A program made the translations under genes and the position numbers. The notes below the pieces were generated by a model, which did no database searches, was not told the DNA's origin, and saw only the letters and a program-made list of their open reading frames with translations. A stretch of 35,601 nucleotides of DNA from a virus (lineage: Duplodnaviria > Caudoviricetes), in the IMG/VR virus record IMGVR_UViG_3300014656_000078, positions 1 through 35,601 of that record; one strand, given 5' to 3'. Below, in pieces: positions 9,984-17,810 of this stretch; the stretch's first letter is position 1, and the number at the start of each line of letters is the position of its first letter.

Positions 9984-10513
9984 TGAGAGCGCACGTGGTT
10001 AAAGGTGGAAAAGTGGTCAATACAATAGAGGTTGAATCTCTCGATTTCATGCCGGGTTTGATCGAAGCAACCTGTGGGTCAATTGGTTGGTGCTGTTTAG
10101 ATGGCGCACTATCTCCTCCGGCAAAAGAGTTACCGGATGAGAAAGCCAAAAAGATACAATTGGTGGAAGAGATCCGGTACTTAAAAATATACCAAAAGAG
10201 CATCCCGTACACGTTCCCAGGAGATGCTGATCCTGACGGTATTCAGATGCGGGATGAAGTGGATCGGCAGAATATCCAGGATCTTGTTATTGATGCTATG
10301 CTCCTCGATCCGACTGATACTGTTCATTTTATGCCTGTGTCAAATGCGCTTAAAACCATGACAGCTTTGCAAATGATACAAATGGGGCAATATCTTAAAA
10401 CAAGAGGAGATCAGGTTGTTAGTCGTGCTTGGACTCTTAAAGGACAGATAAGATCGGCTGAGAATAGCGAAGACTTAGAAAACATAAATATCAACGACGG
10501 TTGGCCTGAATAA
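9983..10513 (+). CDS. Tail fibre assembly-associated protein (DUF4376-like)
   Basis: Follows the fibre gene; MRAHVVKGGKVVNTI start; C-terminal 'LKGQIRSAE...INDGWP' resembles DUF4376-type proteins. Confidence 0.55.
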   Translation: MRAHVVKGGKVVNTIEVESLDFMPGLIEATCGSIGWCCLDGALSPPAKELPDEKAKKIQLVEEIRYLKIYQKSIPYTFPGDADPDGIQMRDEVDRQNIQDLVIDAMLLDPTDTVHFMPVSNALKTMTALQMIQMGQYLKTRGDQVVSRAWTLKGQIRSAENSEDLENININDGWPE

Positions 10514-10944
10514 TGGCGCACTCCGGAACGATAATACACATGAGAAACGTCCCGAACGATGATAAGCTCAGGGCATTAGACCAGCCTTTAGCTTGTGAAA
10601 TGCCGGACGGTACGACTGATGATATCCCGGTTGACTTTGAATGGGATGGATCAAGTTCAGAGCTAATCTATGAATCTGACTCAAAAGTAAAAAAGTTTTT
10701 TGTCCGCTTGATATTATCTCCTGTCAACGCTGTACTCAGAAGCGTGTTCCCCCGGCACAAGCACCCGGTTTCCAGTTGCAAACACGATTACCGGTGCGGA
10801 AAGGCAAAGAACAAAGAAGAAAGGTTATGGGCTGACAGGAAATTCAAAGAGGGTGTAGGGACTACATCTGGGTCAGTTGATCAGACTGTAGGGTATGTTG
10901 GCGTTAGAGTCGGTGCATTTTTTGGTATTGGCAATAACTTTTAA
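10513..10944 (+). CDS. DUF1353-like phage protein
   Basis: IPVDFEWDGSS...HDY...ADRKF...VGVRVG pattern of DUF1353. Confidence 0.7.
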   Translation: MAHSGTIIHMRNVPNDDKLRALDQPLACEMPDGTTDDIPVDFEWDGSSSELIYESDSKVKKFFVRLILSPVNAVLRSVFPRHKHPVSSCKHDYRCGKAKNKEERLWADRKFKEGVGTTSGSVDQTVGYVGVRVGAFFGIGNNF

Positions 10945-10961
10945 TCTATGTGGGGTGTAAA

Positions 10962-11216
10962 ATGATTGATGAAGCAAGAAAATTAATTGAGAGTATCGCT
11001 AAAGATTGTCCTGAAACCGGGAAAGCACTATCAGAAGCTATGGACAGGCTGCTCGAAGTGCAAGCGAAACCGGCCCTGACAGAAAAACTGGGCGCCTTTG
11101 ATTCCGCAAGAGAGGTGATCAAACAGGCGTATGAGGACTGTCCGAAACACGCTGATGATCTTGACAGGCTGTCAGAACTGCTCGAACAGGCTGAAATCGT
11201 TAAATGTGGCGCCTGA
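10962..11216 (+). CDS. Hypothetical helical protein with an internal two-fold DCP repeat
   Basis: IDEARKLIESIAKDCP and FDSAREVIKQAYEDCP. Confidence 0.6.
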   Translation: MIDEARKLIESIAKDCPETGKALSEAMDRLLEVQAKPALTEKLGAFDSAREVIKQAYEDCPKHADDLDRLSELLEQAEIVKCGA

Positions 11217-12073
11217 AATCATCTCCTGCGTTTATGGTATTCTCCTTCGCCATGGGGTCTGTTTTTCTTGTGGCGAACGGATACCAAAGGTGCATGTTGT
11301 TAGACAATGTGTCAATGTATCTTATTATATTATATCTTTTATCTATAAAATACATGGACATACCGTATTCAAATGTTTTTTCAAAAGTAAGATGGTCATT
11401 CCCCATACTGTGGGTGCTATCAAGCGTATCATTCATTTTATATTTAAAATGGAATCCAATATATACTCTGGCAGAACTTGAAGCCGGATGGGGGACTGTT
11501 ATACCAAAGTCGGAGCCCTTCAGACATGGTTTTGTAACGGGGGTTTTCTGGATTTTATATAAACCGGCTTTTTTCGGATTTATGTTCTGGAAAACATATG
11601 TTCTGGAAAACCGCTATAGACTAATATCTGATACGGTTAATAACAAAGATACGTTCATATGCCTATCGCGCCCGCAGAATGCAAAATCAATGTGCCAGGC
11701 TCTTGTCGGTATGACTATTGGTTCCGTGTGTATTTACTCCGGAGGGTACCTGTATGGGTATAGATGGGGTAAGCCAGAATATCAGAAACGTAAGATACCC
11801 CCAATAGTTATAGAACGGAAATTCTTAGTTGTTAATATACTGCCCAATAAGTTACCTGAACTTGACAAGCTCATCGGGAATCCAGCCGGCGTTTTACGGA
11901 TGAAATGTGTGTACGTTATTAAAGATGTTTTGATGAGAATCGACCCTAAACTCGCACCGAGATGGTATGAACTTTTGCCATCAAGATACGGTATCAAAGT
12001 TCTAAAATGGAGGAAAACCATTGAAAGACACCCGGAAAATTGCAGATCTGCAAATGTGGGAACTACGCGCTGA
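11204..12073 (+). CDS. Hypothetical multi-pass membrane protein with soluble C-terminal domain
   Basis: About four hydrophobic segments in the first ~130 aa; AT-rich coding sequence. Confidence 0.6.
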   Translation: MWRLKSSPAFMVFSFAMGSVFLVANGYQRCMLLDNVSMYLIILYLLSIKYMDIPYSNVFSKVRWSFPILWVLSSVSFILYLKWNPIYTLAELEAGWGTVIPKSEPFRHGFVTGVFWILYKPAFFGFMFWKTYVLENRYRLISDTVNNKDTFICLSRPQNAKSMCQALVGMTIGSVCIYSGGYLYGYRWGKPEYQKRKIPPIVIERKFLVVNILPNKLPELDKLIGNPAGVLRMKCVYVIKDVLMRIDPKLAPRWYELLPSRYGIKVLKWRKTIERHPENCRSANVGTTR

Positions 12074-12347
12074 GTTTCGAGATATCCCCCGTGATTATTT
12101 TCTTGAGGCCGTCGAGAAATACGTTAAAAGCATCGCGGAGGATTTAACAGGGAAAGACGTATCCAAGACAGCAGATAGGCTTTGTATCAGAAAAATATTT
12201 GATAGTTGTCAACTATGCCGAATTGCAAAAGAAGATACAAAGGCGCGAGTGATAAGCACAATTCAGATAGAGGGTATAAAGTTTATTATAACCCTCGTAG
12301 CGGCTTTTTCCGGTGCTTTGCTTTACATAAAAAATGCGGGGTCTTAA
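12021..12347 (+). CDS. Hypothetical protein with C-terminal TM segment (holin/antiholin candidate)
   Basis: FIITLVAAFSGALLYI at the C-terminus; immediately upstream of the endolysin. Confidence 0.45.
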   Translation: MKDTRKIADLQMWELRAEFRDIPRDYFLEAVEKYVKSIAEDLTGKDVSKTADRLCIRKIFDSCQLCRIAKEDTKARVISTIQIEGIKFIITLVAAFSGALLYIKNAGS

Positions 12348-12348
12348 A

Positions 12349-12846
12349 ATGAAAATTACAGACAAATACGACGAACAAATCAAAGCTATGGTAGAAAAAT
12401 ACTGGCCGTCTGAGATGGACTGGCGGTGGTGGAAAGCCCAACTATACCAGGAGTCCCGAATGGACCCGATGGCTGTCAGTCCTGTCGGGGCCCGTGGTCT
12501 CGCTCAGTTCATGCCGGGCACCTGGAACGACGTGTGCCGACAGCTTGGACTGACCGGGGTGTCTCCACATGATTCGGAACCGGCTATTCTGGCTGGGGCG
12601 TATTACATGAGTAAACTGGCAGCACAGTGGTCCAGCCCTCGCCCTGAGACAGATAGGTGGGATCTTGCCCGGGCGAGCTATAATGCCGGCCTCGGAAACA
12701 TCCTGAAAGCCCAGAAGGTGGCGGGTGGTGCTGTCTTGTACGCGGATATCATCGCTGCGCTACCGGAAGTAACCGGCGAGAATAGCCGGGAGACAATCAC
12801 GTACGTCGAACGGATTCACCGATGGTATAAGGAGATGACAGTATGA
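12349..12846 (+). CDS. Endolysin, lytic transglycosylase (SLT domain)
   Basis: Catalytic QES, AVSPVGARGLAQFMPGTW, ASYNAG and ETITYV motifs. Confidence 0.92.
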   Translation: MKITDKYDEQIKAMVEKYWPSEMDWRWWKAQLYQESRMDPMAVSPVGARGLAQFMPGTWNDVCRQLGLTGVSPHDSEPAILAGAYYMSKLAAQWSSPRPETDRWDLARASYNAGLGNILKAQKVAGGAVLYADIIAALPEVTGENSRETITYVERIHRWYKEMTV

Positions 12847-13025
12847 AATGGATAGTAGTATTGATGGCGGTGGCCCTGATGGGGTGCAGCACGAAGTATG
12901 ATACGGTTGACGGAAAGGATATCTCCGTCCGTGTTAGGTCTATATGGGCTGATATAGATTATGACTCCAGACGGTGCGGACCTTTACCTCCGTTAGATCC
13001 GGGAGGTCTGGAGCCTTTGGATTAA
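12843..13025 (+). CDS. Small lipoprotein (spanin candidate)
   Basis: Signal peptide with lipobox (MKWIVVLMAVALMG-C), Pro-rich C-terminus, coupled to the endolysin gene. Confidence 0.6.
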   Translation: MKWIVVLMAVALMGCSTKYDTVDGKDISVRVRSIWADIDYDSRRCGPLPPLDPGGLEPLD

Positions 13026-13495
13026 CTATTCTCCGCCCACTCCCGATGCGCCTTACGTTGCAAGTTAAATATTGGAACACCATATGCTTCCGCAATCGAT
13101 ATGGCAGTCCCGGTACCGCCAGTAAATCGAGATCTGTCAGTGTGTGAGATACATCCGTAAGGAGTCCAACAGATCATAAATTCTGACGGCTCGTTCATCT
13201 CACGACCTAATACCTGGAACACGTTCCGTGCGTGGAGTTTACGGGCGTATGAGCTACACGCCTGCCACCTCGGGTGGTATTTTTTAGCGATCTCCATCGC
13301 CTCCCATGTGGCGTGGTTCGCCCTGTAGATATCGGCAACCCCCGCAGCCCCTCGCTCGAACGCCTTGTCAGCCCCGGCAGCACCCCCGGACCGGAGAGTA
13401 AGTCCGGCCTGAGAGAGCCGGGAGGCTATGTTGGTCATCAGATCGAGAATATCCCTCGGTGCGGAGCGGCTGCCCACCCCTGTGTAATATTTCAT
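13022..13495 (-). CDS. SLOG-superfamily (DprA/Smf/YspA-like) protein
   Basis: YTGVGSR, LRSGGAAGADKAFE, ARN and GGTGTAI...IPIFNL-type motifs; the ATG at 13495 overlaps the upstream stop. Confidence 0.8.
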   Translation of the reverse strand: MKYYTGVGSRSAPRDILDLMTNIASRLSQAGLTLRSGGAAGADKAFERGAAGVADIYRANHATWEAMEIAKKYHPRWQACSSYARKLHARNVFQVLGREMNEPSEFMICWTPYGCISHTDRSRFTGGTGTAISIAEAYGVPIFNLQRKAHREWAENS

Positions 13496-13908
13496 CGTCT
13501 GTCCCACCGGGCTCGTTCAGACCGAACGTCAATGTGAGTGAACGTTCGGTACCGGCCGATACCATATTCATTGGGGCATCTCAGTTCCAAGGCCGTAGCC
13601 ACTTCATCCGGGGGCACCATAACCCACGCTCGGCCTTCACGTCTCTCGACCAGGATATCAGCAGCCTTGCCTGTCATATGCACCGACGATGATGAGTCCG
13701 GAACGTAATTGGGATTCTCTTCGAGCTGAACAGCCTCATTGTGCTCACGGCACCGACAGCCACTTATGATTGTCACCCGGACGTTATCCGTCCGAAGGAA
13801 GTTGAGAGGTCCGTTAATCAGTTCTGCGTCCACAGTGTCGAATTTGCAGTTGTGGCAGCGGCAGGTGAACTCGTCTCGCCAGAAGTGTTTACTCAGTTGT
13901 CCTGTCAT
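13492..13908 (-). CDS. Peptidase M15A family (D-Ala-D-Ala carboxypeptidase / YcbK-like)
   Basis: LSKHF..EFTCRC, ISGCRC..HN, SVHMTGKAAD and GIGRYRTFTHIDVR Zn-binding motifs. Confidence 0.9.
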   Translation of the reverse strand: MTGQLSKHFWRDEFTCRCHNCKFDTVDAELINGPLNFLRTDNVRVTIISGCRCREHNEAVQLEENPNYVPDSSSSVHMTGKAADILVERREGRAWVMVPPDEVATALELRCPNEYGIGRYRTFTHIDVRSERARWDRR

Positions 13909-14084
13909 TTCACCCCCTTACAGAACTCATACGCCGCGCTCAACCGAACGCCTGTCAGTCGCATGACCTCTTTGACCATCTTAATCCTGTTTGGAGAGCC
14001 GTCGCGGTACGGTTCGGTCAGACCTACGCGCCTGACGTGCCATCTCAGCGGATAGTTCCATTTCCAGAGTAGAAATTTTCTCAA
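13905..14084 (-). CDS. Small protein with an L7/L12 C-terminal-like helix pair
   Basis: AGGAGG RBS before TTG at 14084; NRIKMVKEVMRLTGVRLSAAYEFC. Confidence 0.45.
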   Translation of the reverse strand: MRKFLLWKWNYPLRWHVRRVGLTEPYRDGSPNRIKMVKEVMRLTGVRLSAAYEFCKGVK

Positions 14085-14222
14085 TTTTAGTCCTCCTTGT
14101 TTTATGATGTTCATACACAGGGTATTGACTGGCAGCACTGATAATTCTGATATTCTCCAGTTCGTGGCGTTCAGGATGTAACGGACTCGGGAGTAATATC
14201 AGCACTGCCAGTATAAGCCACC

Positions 14223-14381
14223 TCACCCGTACCTCTTTATCAGGAATATAACTGATAGATTTAACACGCCGGCAGACAGCCAATATAGTCCGGACCCCCA
14301 CCGTCCACACCAGAGCAGGATCGTCGCCGCCCCGAAAGACTCTATGGCTATGAGCAGTGGCAGTGCGTCGAGCCAGGTCAT
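14223..14381 (-). CDS. Small membrane protein
   Basis: 52 aa with two hydrophobic segments; ATGA coupling to the upstream ORF. Confidence 0.55.
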   Translation of the reverse strand: MTWLDALPLLIAIESFGAATILLWCGRWGSGLYWLSAGVLNLSVIFLIKRYG

Positions 14382-14551
14382 GAGAGGGCCTTTAAGATAG
14401 AGGTTAAGCAATCCCATAAGACGTGTACCGATCCGTCGTCTTTTCCTTCCAGAGCGTACAGTGCCTGTCGTACCTTATCGAGTGTTCGTTCCAGATAGTC
14501 CACATACTCCGGATTTAATCTGGCGTCTTTGTATTTATCAGGTGTGGTCAT
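14378..14551 (-). CDS. Hypothetical protein (57 aa; not in ORF track)
   Basis: MTTPDKYKDARLNPEYVDYLERTLDKVRQALYALEGKDDGSVHVLWDCLTSILKALS; ATGA overlaps at both ends. Confidence 0.6.
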   Translation of the reverse strand: MTTPDKYKDARLNPEYVDYLERTLDKVRQALYALEGKDDGSVHVLWDCLTSILKALS

Positions 14552-14757
14552 TCACTCATCCTCACGTTTTTAATTGTGCAATCCAGAGAGCCGTCATCAA
14601 GATCAATGATAGTATTTACTTCAGCTTCTATGAAGTTTTTATCATCTAAATATAGTTTGACCGTGCTTCCTGGCACTATGAGAGGCTTGTCTTTAGTAAA
14701 AGTTCCGGAGAAAGATACAGTTCCTCCTGTTTTAAACCCGTCCAGTATTTCTTTCAT
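14548..14757 (-). CDS. Hypothetical protein
   Basis: GGAGG RBS; ATGA coupling at both ends. Confidence 0.6.
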   Translation of the reverse strand: MKEILDGFKTGGTVSFSGTFTKDKPLIVPGSTVKLYLDDKNFIEAEVNTIIDLDDGSLDCTIKNVRMSE

Positions 14758-14924
14758 TCCGTTACCTCCTGAGTTAACCAAGCCATTATGCCCGTAGGCT
14801 CTATATCACTGCTTCCATACAGATAATACTCTTCTATTTCTATTGTACATTGATTTAATACTCTCGAAGCGGATATGCTGTCGCCACCTATTTCTTTGAG
14901 CGCTACTTCACGTAATCTATCCAT
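14754..14924 (-). CDS. Hypothetical protein (56 aa; not in ORF track)
   Basis: MDRLREVALKEIGGDS...WLTQEVTE; first ORF downstream of the leftward promoter. Confidence 0.55.
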   Translation of the reverse strand: MDRLREVALKEIGGDSISASRVLNQCTIEIEEYYLYGSSDIEPTGIMAWLTQEVTE

Positions 14925-14982
14925 TTATACCCCCATCCTATAGTTTACTGTGAACCCACACTTACCACCAGACCGAACAGAT

Positions 14983-15053
14983 GTCCAATTGTTAAAATCT
15001 ATAGGTGCTATAGGAACAATCAATTGGACTTTTATGGCTGAGAGATGTAGGTT
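14983..15053. promoter_or_regulatory. Divergent promoter pair sharing a four-tetramer operator box (box 1)
   Basis: GTCCA-ATTG-N7-CTAT-N7-ATAG-N7-CAAT-TGGAC is dyad-symmetric. Rightward TGGACT-17-TAGGTT; leftward TGGACA-17-TAAGTG. It sits at the switch of gene orientation. Confidence 0.75.
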
Positions 15054-15094
15054 GAGGCCGTAATCGACATTAACCTACAGAACGGGAGGAACAA

Positions 15095-15928
15095 ATGAAA
15101 GAAATTTTAAGAATTATTGGTAAAGCATTAATGGACATCGCAGGATTGCTGCCGGATCGGGTGGTGCCTGGGACTGAGTGCGTTGGGTGCGTCACGAAAG
15201 TAAAACCCACGGAAACCTGGAAGGAAGATCCTCCAGCGCAGGAAGCAATTGAAGAGATCATATCAAGAAGATCTGGAGACGCATCATGTTCCGGGGGAAC
15301 GCCCCCTCCGACCGGACTCATGAACGAATGTGTTGAAACAGCACCATTATATACTGACATGCCTTGCAGCACTGTGAGCCCTCCGGTGCAGACAGCCCCT
15401 CCGGTGCAGACAGCCCCTCCGGTGCAGACAGATACACCCGAGCTGGACTCCGAAGGTATCCCGTGGGATAAACGTATTCACAGCTCTGGGAAGACTCAGT
15501 ACAAACAGACCGTGGGGGACAAGAAAGAAGGGTCCTGGATTCACCGTAAGGGCGTCGATCCGATCCTGCTGGCACAGGTTAAGACTGAATTGTATCAGAA
15601 ATATCATCCCGCCGATACAGAACCCGCGGCGCCCCCGGTTCAGGCTACACAGGCCACTCTCACCAATACCGACGCTGTGCCGACCTCGCAGCCATTTACC
15701 CAACCGCAGGTACAGCAGGGCCTTCCACTGCCCTATGGCTCCATCACCAAATGGGCGCCGTTGATGCGGGAAGCTGCTGGCCGTGGGATAAACCATGTGG
15801 CGGCTGACGGTATCCTCACTTCGGCTGGACTGCCCACAATTGCAGCGCTCCAAAACAATCCGAGCATTATACCGGTGGCGGCGGTTGCCCTCGGGCTCAC
15901 CGCCAAACCCGAACAGGTGACGAATTGA
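15095..15928 (+). CDS. Phage protein with PWDxRIHS motif and Pro/Gln/Thr low-complexity linkers
   Basis: ELDSEGIPWDKRIHSSGKT...GSW..RKGVD; GGGAGG RBS; precedes the nuclease/SSB genes. Confidence 0.7.
   Translation: MKEILRIIGKALMDIAGLLPDRVVPGTECVGCVTKVKPTETWKEDPPAQEAIEEIISRRSGDASCSGGTPPPTGLMNECVETAPLYTDMPCSTVSPPVQTAPPVQTAPPVQTDTPELDSEGIPWDKRIHSSGKTQYKQTVGDKKEGSWIHRKGVDPILLAQVKTELYQKYHPADTEPAAPPVQATQATLTNTDAVPTSQPFTQPQVQQGLPLPYGSITKWAPLMREAAGRGINHVAADGILTSAGLPTIAALQNNPSIIPVAAVALGLTAKPEQVTN
15380..15431 (+). repeat. 18-bp coding tandem repeat, ~3 copies (PPVQTA)
   Basis: CCTCCGGTGCAGACAGCC units. Confidence 0.9.
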
Positions 15929-16995
15929 AGTTCAATGCCTCCGCTTTAGACCGGGTAATGGGGTGCGCCGGGTCATATCTCCTGGAGCAACAGTACCCCT
16001 ACGAGACGAACGGCGCTGCTCTGGAAGGGAGGGCGGCGGCTAAAGTAGCGGAACTCTGTCTGCTCGAACGTAAGTTGCCGTCAGAGTTCCTGGGTCAGCA
16101 GATTCTGGATGTGTGGGTAGACCAGGAGATGATAACCGCAGTTGAGAAATATACCGCATTCTGTTACAGTCTGAACGCTGAACGAGGGGGTGTGGAAGAC
16201 CGGGGAGAACTGGAAGTCATGAGCCACACTGTGGTCTGCATACCCGACTTCTGGGCCGTCTCAGGGTTCACGCTGCACATCGTTGACTTTAAGTACGGTC
16301 ATGGATGGGTGTTTCCGGAAGAAAACTGGCAGTGCATAGCTGGTGCCATCATCAAAGCCACACCGGGCATTAGAGACGTGCAGATCCATATCTGCCAGCC
16401 CCGAGCGAACAGACGGTCAGGAGGTCCTGTCTGGTCCTGGGGATTTAACGCCGAACTGCTTCGGAATTACAGAAACCAGATTGATAATCAAGTGAGACTG
16501 GCGGTACTGCCTGGCGCTCTGTGTCAGTCCGGGCCGTGGTGCCGGTACTGCAAGCACATTATAAACTGCCCGACAAACGCCCATGCTGCGGGAGACTGTA
16601 TGGATGCTGCCGGAATATCCGATAGTTTCACCCCGACACCGAATGAAGTGGCTATTGAACTGTCCAGGCTGGAGACTGCGGCAGCGAGGATTAAACACCG
16701 ATTTACAGCACTGGAAGCCCATGGATTGGCGCTCATTAAGTCCGGACAGTTACTGTCGGGGTATGAGGCCCGACAGACAATGAGTGCTTTAAAATGGACA
16801 GTGGACGCTATTACCGCCGGGGATGAGATGGGTATCGACCTCCGGAAACCTGAAGAGGCGATCACGCCGACTCAAGCGATTGACAGGAAACTGATAGACG
16901 CAACAATGATTGATTTCATGGCTAAACGGGAATTACAAGGACATAAACTTAAACTCGTCGATTTAGACGCAATAAGGAGTATTATCAATGGCTGA
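15925..16995 (+). CDS. DUF2800-like PD-(D/E)XK (Cas4-like) nuclease
   Basis: N-terminal Cys (CAGS), PD...IVDFKYG, QPR and GPWCRYC...C; located upstream of SSB and polymerase. Confidence 0.8.
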   Translation: MKFNASALDRVMGCAGSYLLEQQYPYETNGAALEGRAAAKVAELCLLERKLPSEFLGQQILDVWVDQEMITAVEKYTAFCYSLNAERGGVEDRGELEVMSHTVVCIPDFWAVSGFTLHIVDFKYGHGWVFPEENWQCIAGAIIKATPGIRDVQIHICQPRANRRSGGPVWSWGFNAELLRNYRNQIDNQVRLAVLPGALCQSGPWCRYCKHIINCPTNAHAAGDCMDAAGISDSFTPTPNEVAIELSRLETAAARIKHRFTALEAHGLALIKSGQLLSGYEARQTMSALKWTVDAITAGDEMGIDLRKPEEAITPTQAIDRKLIDATMIDFMAKRELQGHKLKLVDLDAIRSIING

Positions 16996-17782
16996 TCAAG
17001 TATACCTCAACGTAAGTGGACGACTGGTACAGGGAGATGTGTTCACACCTGTTACCACAGACATGAAAGGTCGTCCGATGACTGACAAGAACGGCAACCC
17101 GAAGGTACAGTATTTCTGCGCTGTGGCTGTTGAGAAGAACGCTCCGGACTTCGGACCGGCATGGCAAGGGATTCAGAACGTGGCGAACGCTGCTTTTAAG
17201 AACGGCGAGACCCAACGCCCCACGTTCGCCTGGAAATTAGTGGACGGTGATACCCGGGAAAACGCGAATAAGGAAGGTTTCCCCGGGCATTGGGTCTTCC
17301 GGTTCACAAGCGGCTACCCGTTCTCTGTTGTCTCCGGGGCTGAAGCTCGCCCGGTAACGAACCAGAACGAGATTAAACGTGGGTATTATGTCCAGGTGTT
17401 CTTCACGGTCGCCGGTAACGGGGACTCCACGAAACCCGGAGTTTATCTGAATGGCGCTGTCGTCCGGTTCATCGGCTACGGCCCTGAAATCTCAACAGGC
17501 CCGAACGCAGCAGCACTGGTAGCCGCTGCTGGTTCTGGATACGTTCCTAAAGGCGCTCAGACCACGCCTCTGGCTGGCAGTGGTCCGCAGTTCCAGCCCC
17601 CGGCAGGACAGCAGTTCCAGCCCCCGGCAGGACAGCAGTTCCAGGCCCCGGCAGGACAGCAGTTCCAGCCCCCGGCAGGACAGCAGTTCCAGGGACCCCC
17701 GACCGGTCCGCAGGGTGGCACCATCCCTCCACACTACGGCCCGCTAAATACCGGAGCACCTGATAGCGACCTGCCATTCTAA
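16988..17782 (+). CDS. Single-stranded DNA-binding protein (DUF2815 / gp2.5-like)
   Basis: W..DGD...GFPGHWV, GVYLN..VV, disordered tail ending DSDLPF; position between nuclease and polymerase. Confidence 0.8.
   Translation: MADQVYLNVSGRLVQGDVFTPVTTDMKGRPMTDKNGNPKVQYFCAVAVEKNAPDFGPAWQGIQNVANAAFKNGETQRPTFAWKLVDGDTRENANKEGFPGHWVFRFTSGYPFSVVSGAEARPVTNQNEIKRGYYVQVFFTVAGNGDSTKPGVYLNGAVVRFIGYGPEISTGPNAAALVAAAGSGYVPKGAQTTPLAGSGPQFQPPAGQQFQPPAGQQFQAPAGQQFQPPAGQQFQGPPTGPQGGTIPPHYGPLNTGAPDSDLPF
17588..17692 (+). repeat. 24-bp coding tandem repeat, ~4.4 copies (QFQPPAGQ)
   Basis: CAGTTCCAGCCCCCGGCAGGACAG units, one with a single substitution. Confidence 0.92.
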
Positions 17783-17810
17783 TTTAACCTAAACCAAGGA
17801 GCATAGACAG

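Noticed and set aside
13981-14226. Possible signal-peptide ORF (VRWLILAVLILLP...)
   Set aside because: It overlaps the better-supported 13905-14084 ORF by about 100 bp. It may be real but cannot be supported from sequence alone.
15925-16995. Cas4 as a sign of a CRISPR system
   Set aside because: Its position next to SSB and polymerase matches the common phage DUF2800-type nuclease.
17588-17692. 24-bp repeats as CRISPR or a regulatory array
   Set aside because: The units are directly adjacent with no spacers and lie in frame within the SSB tail.
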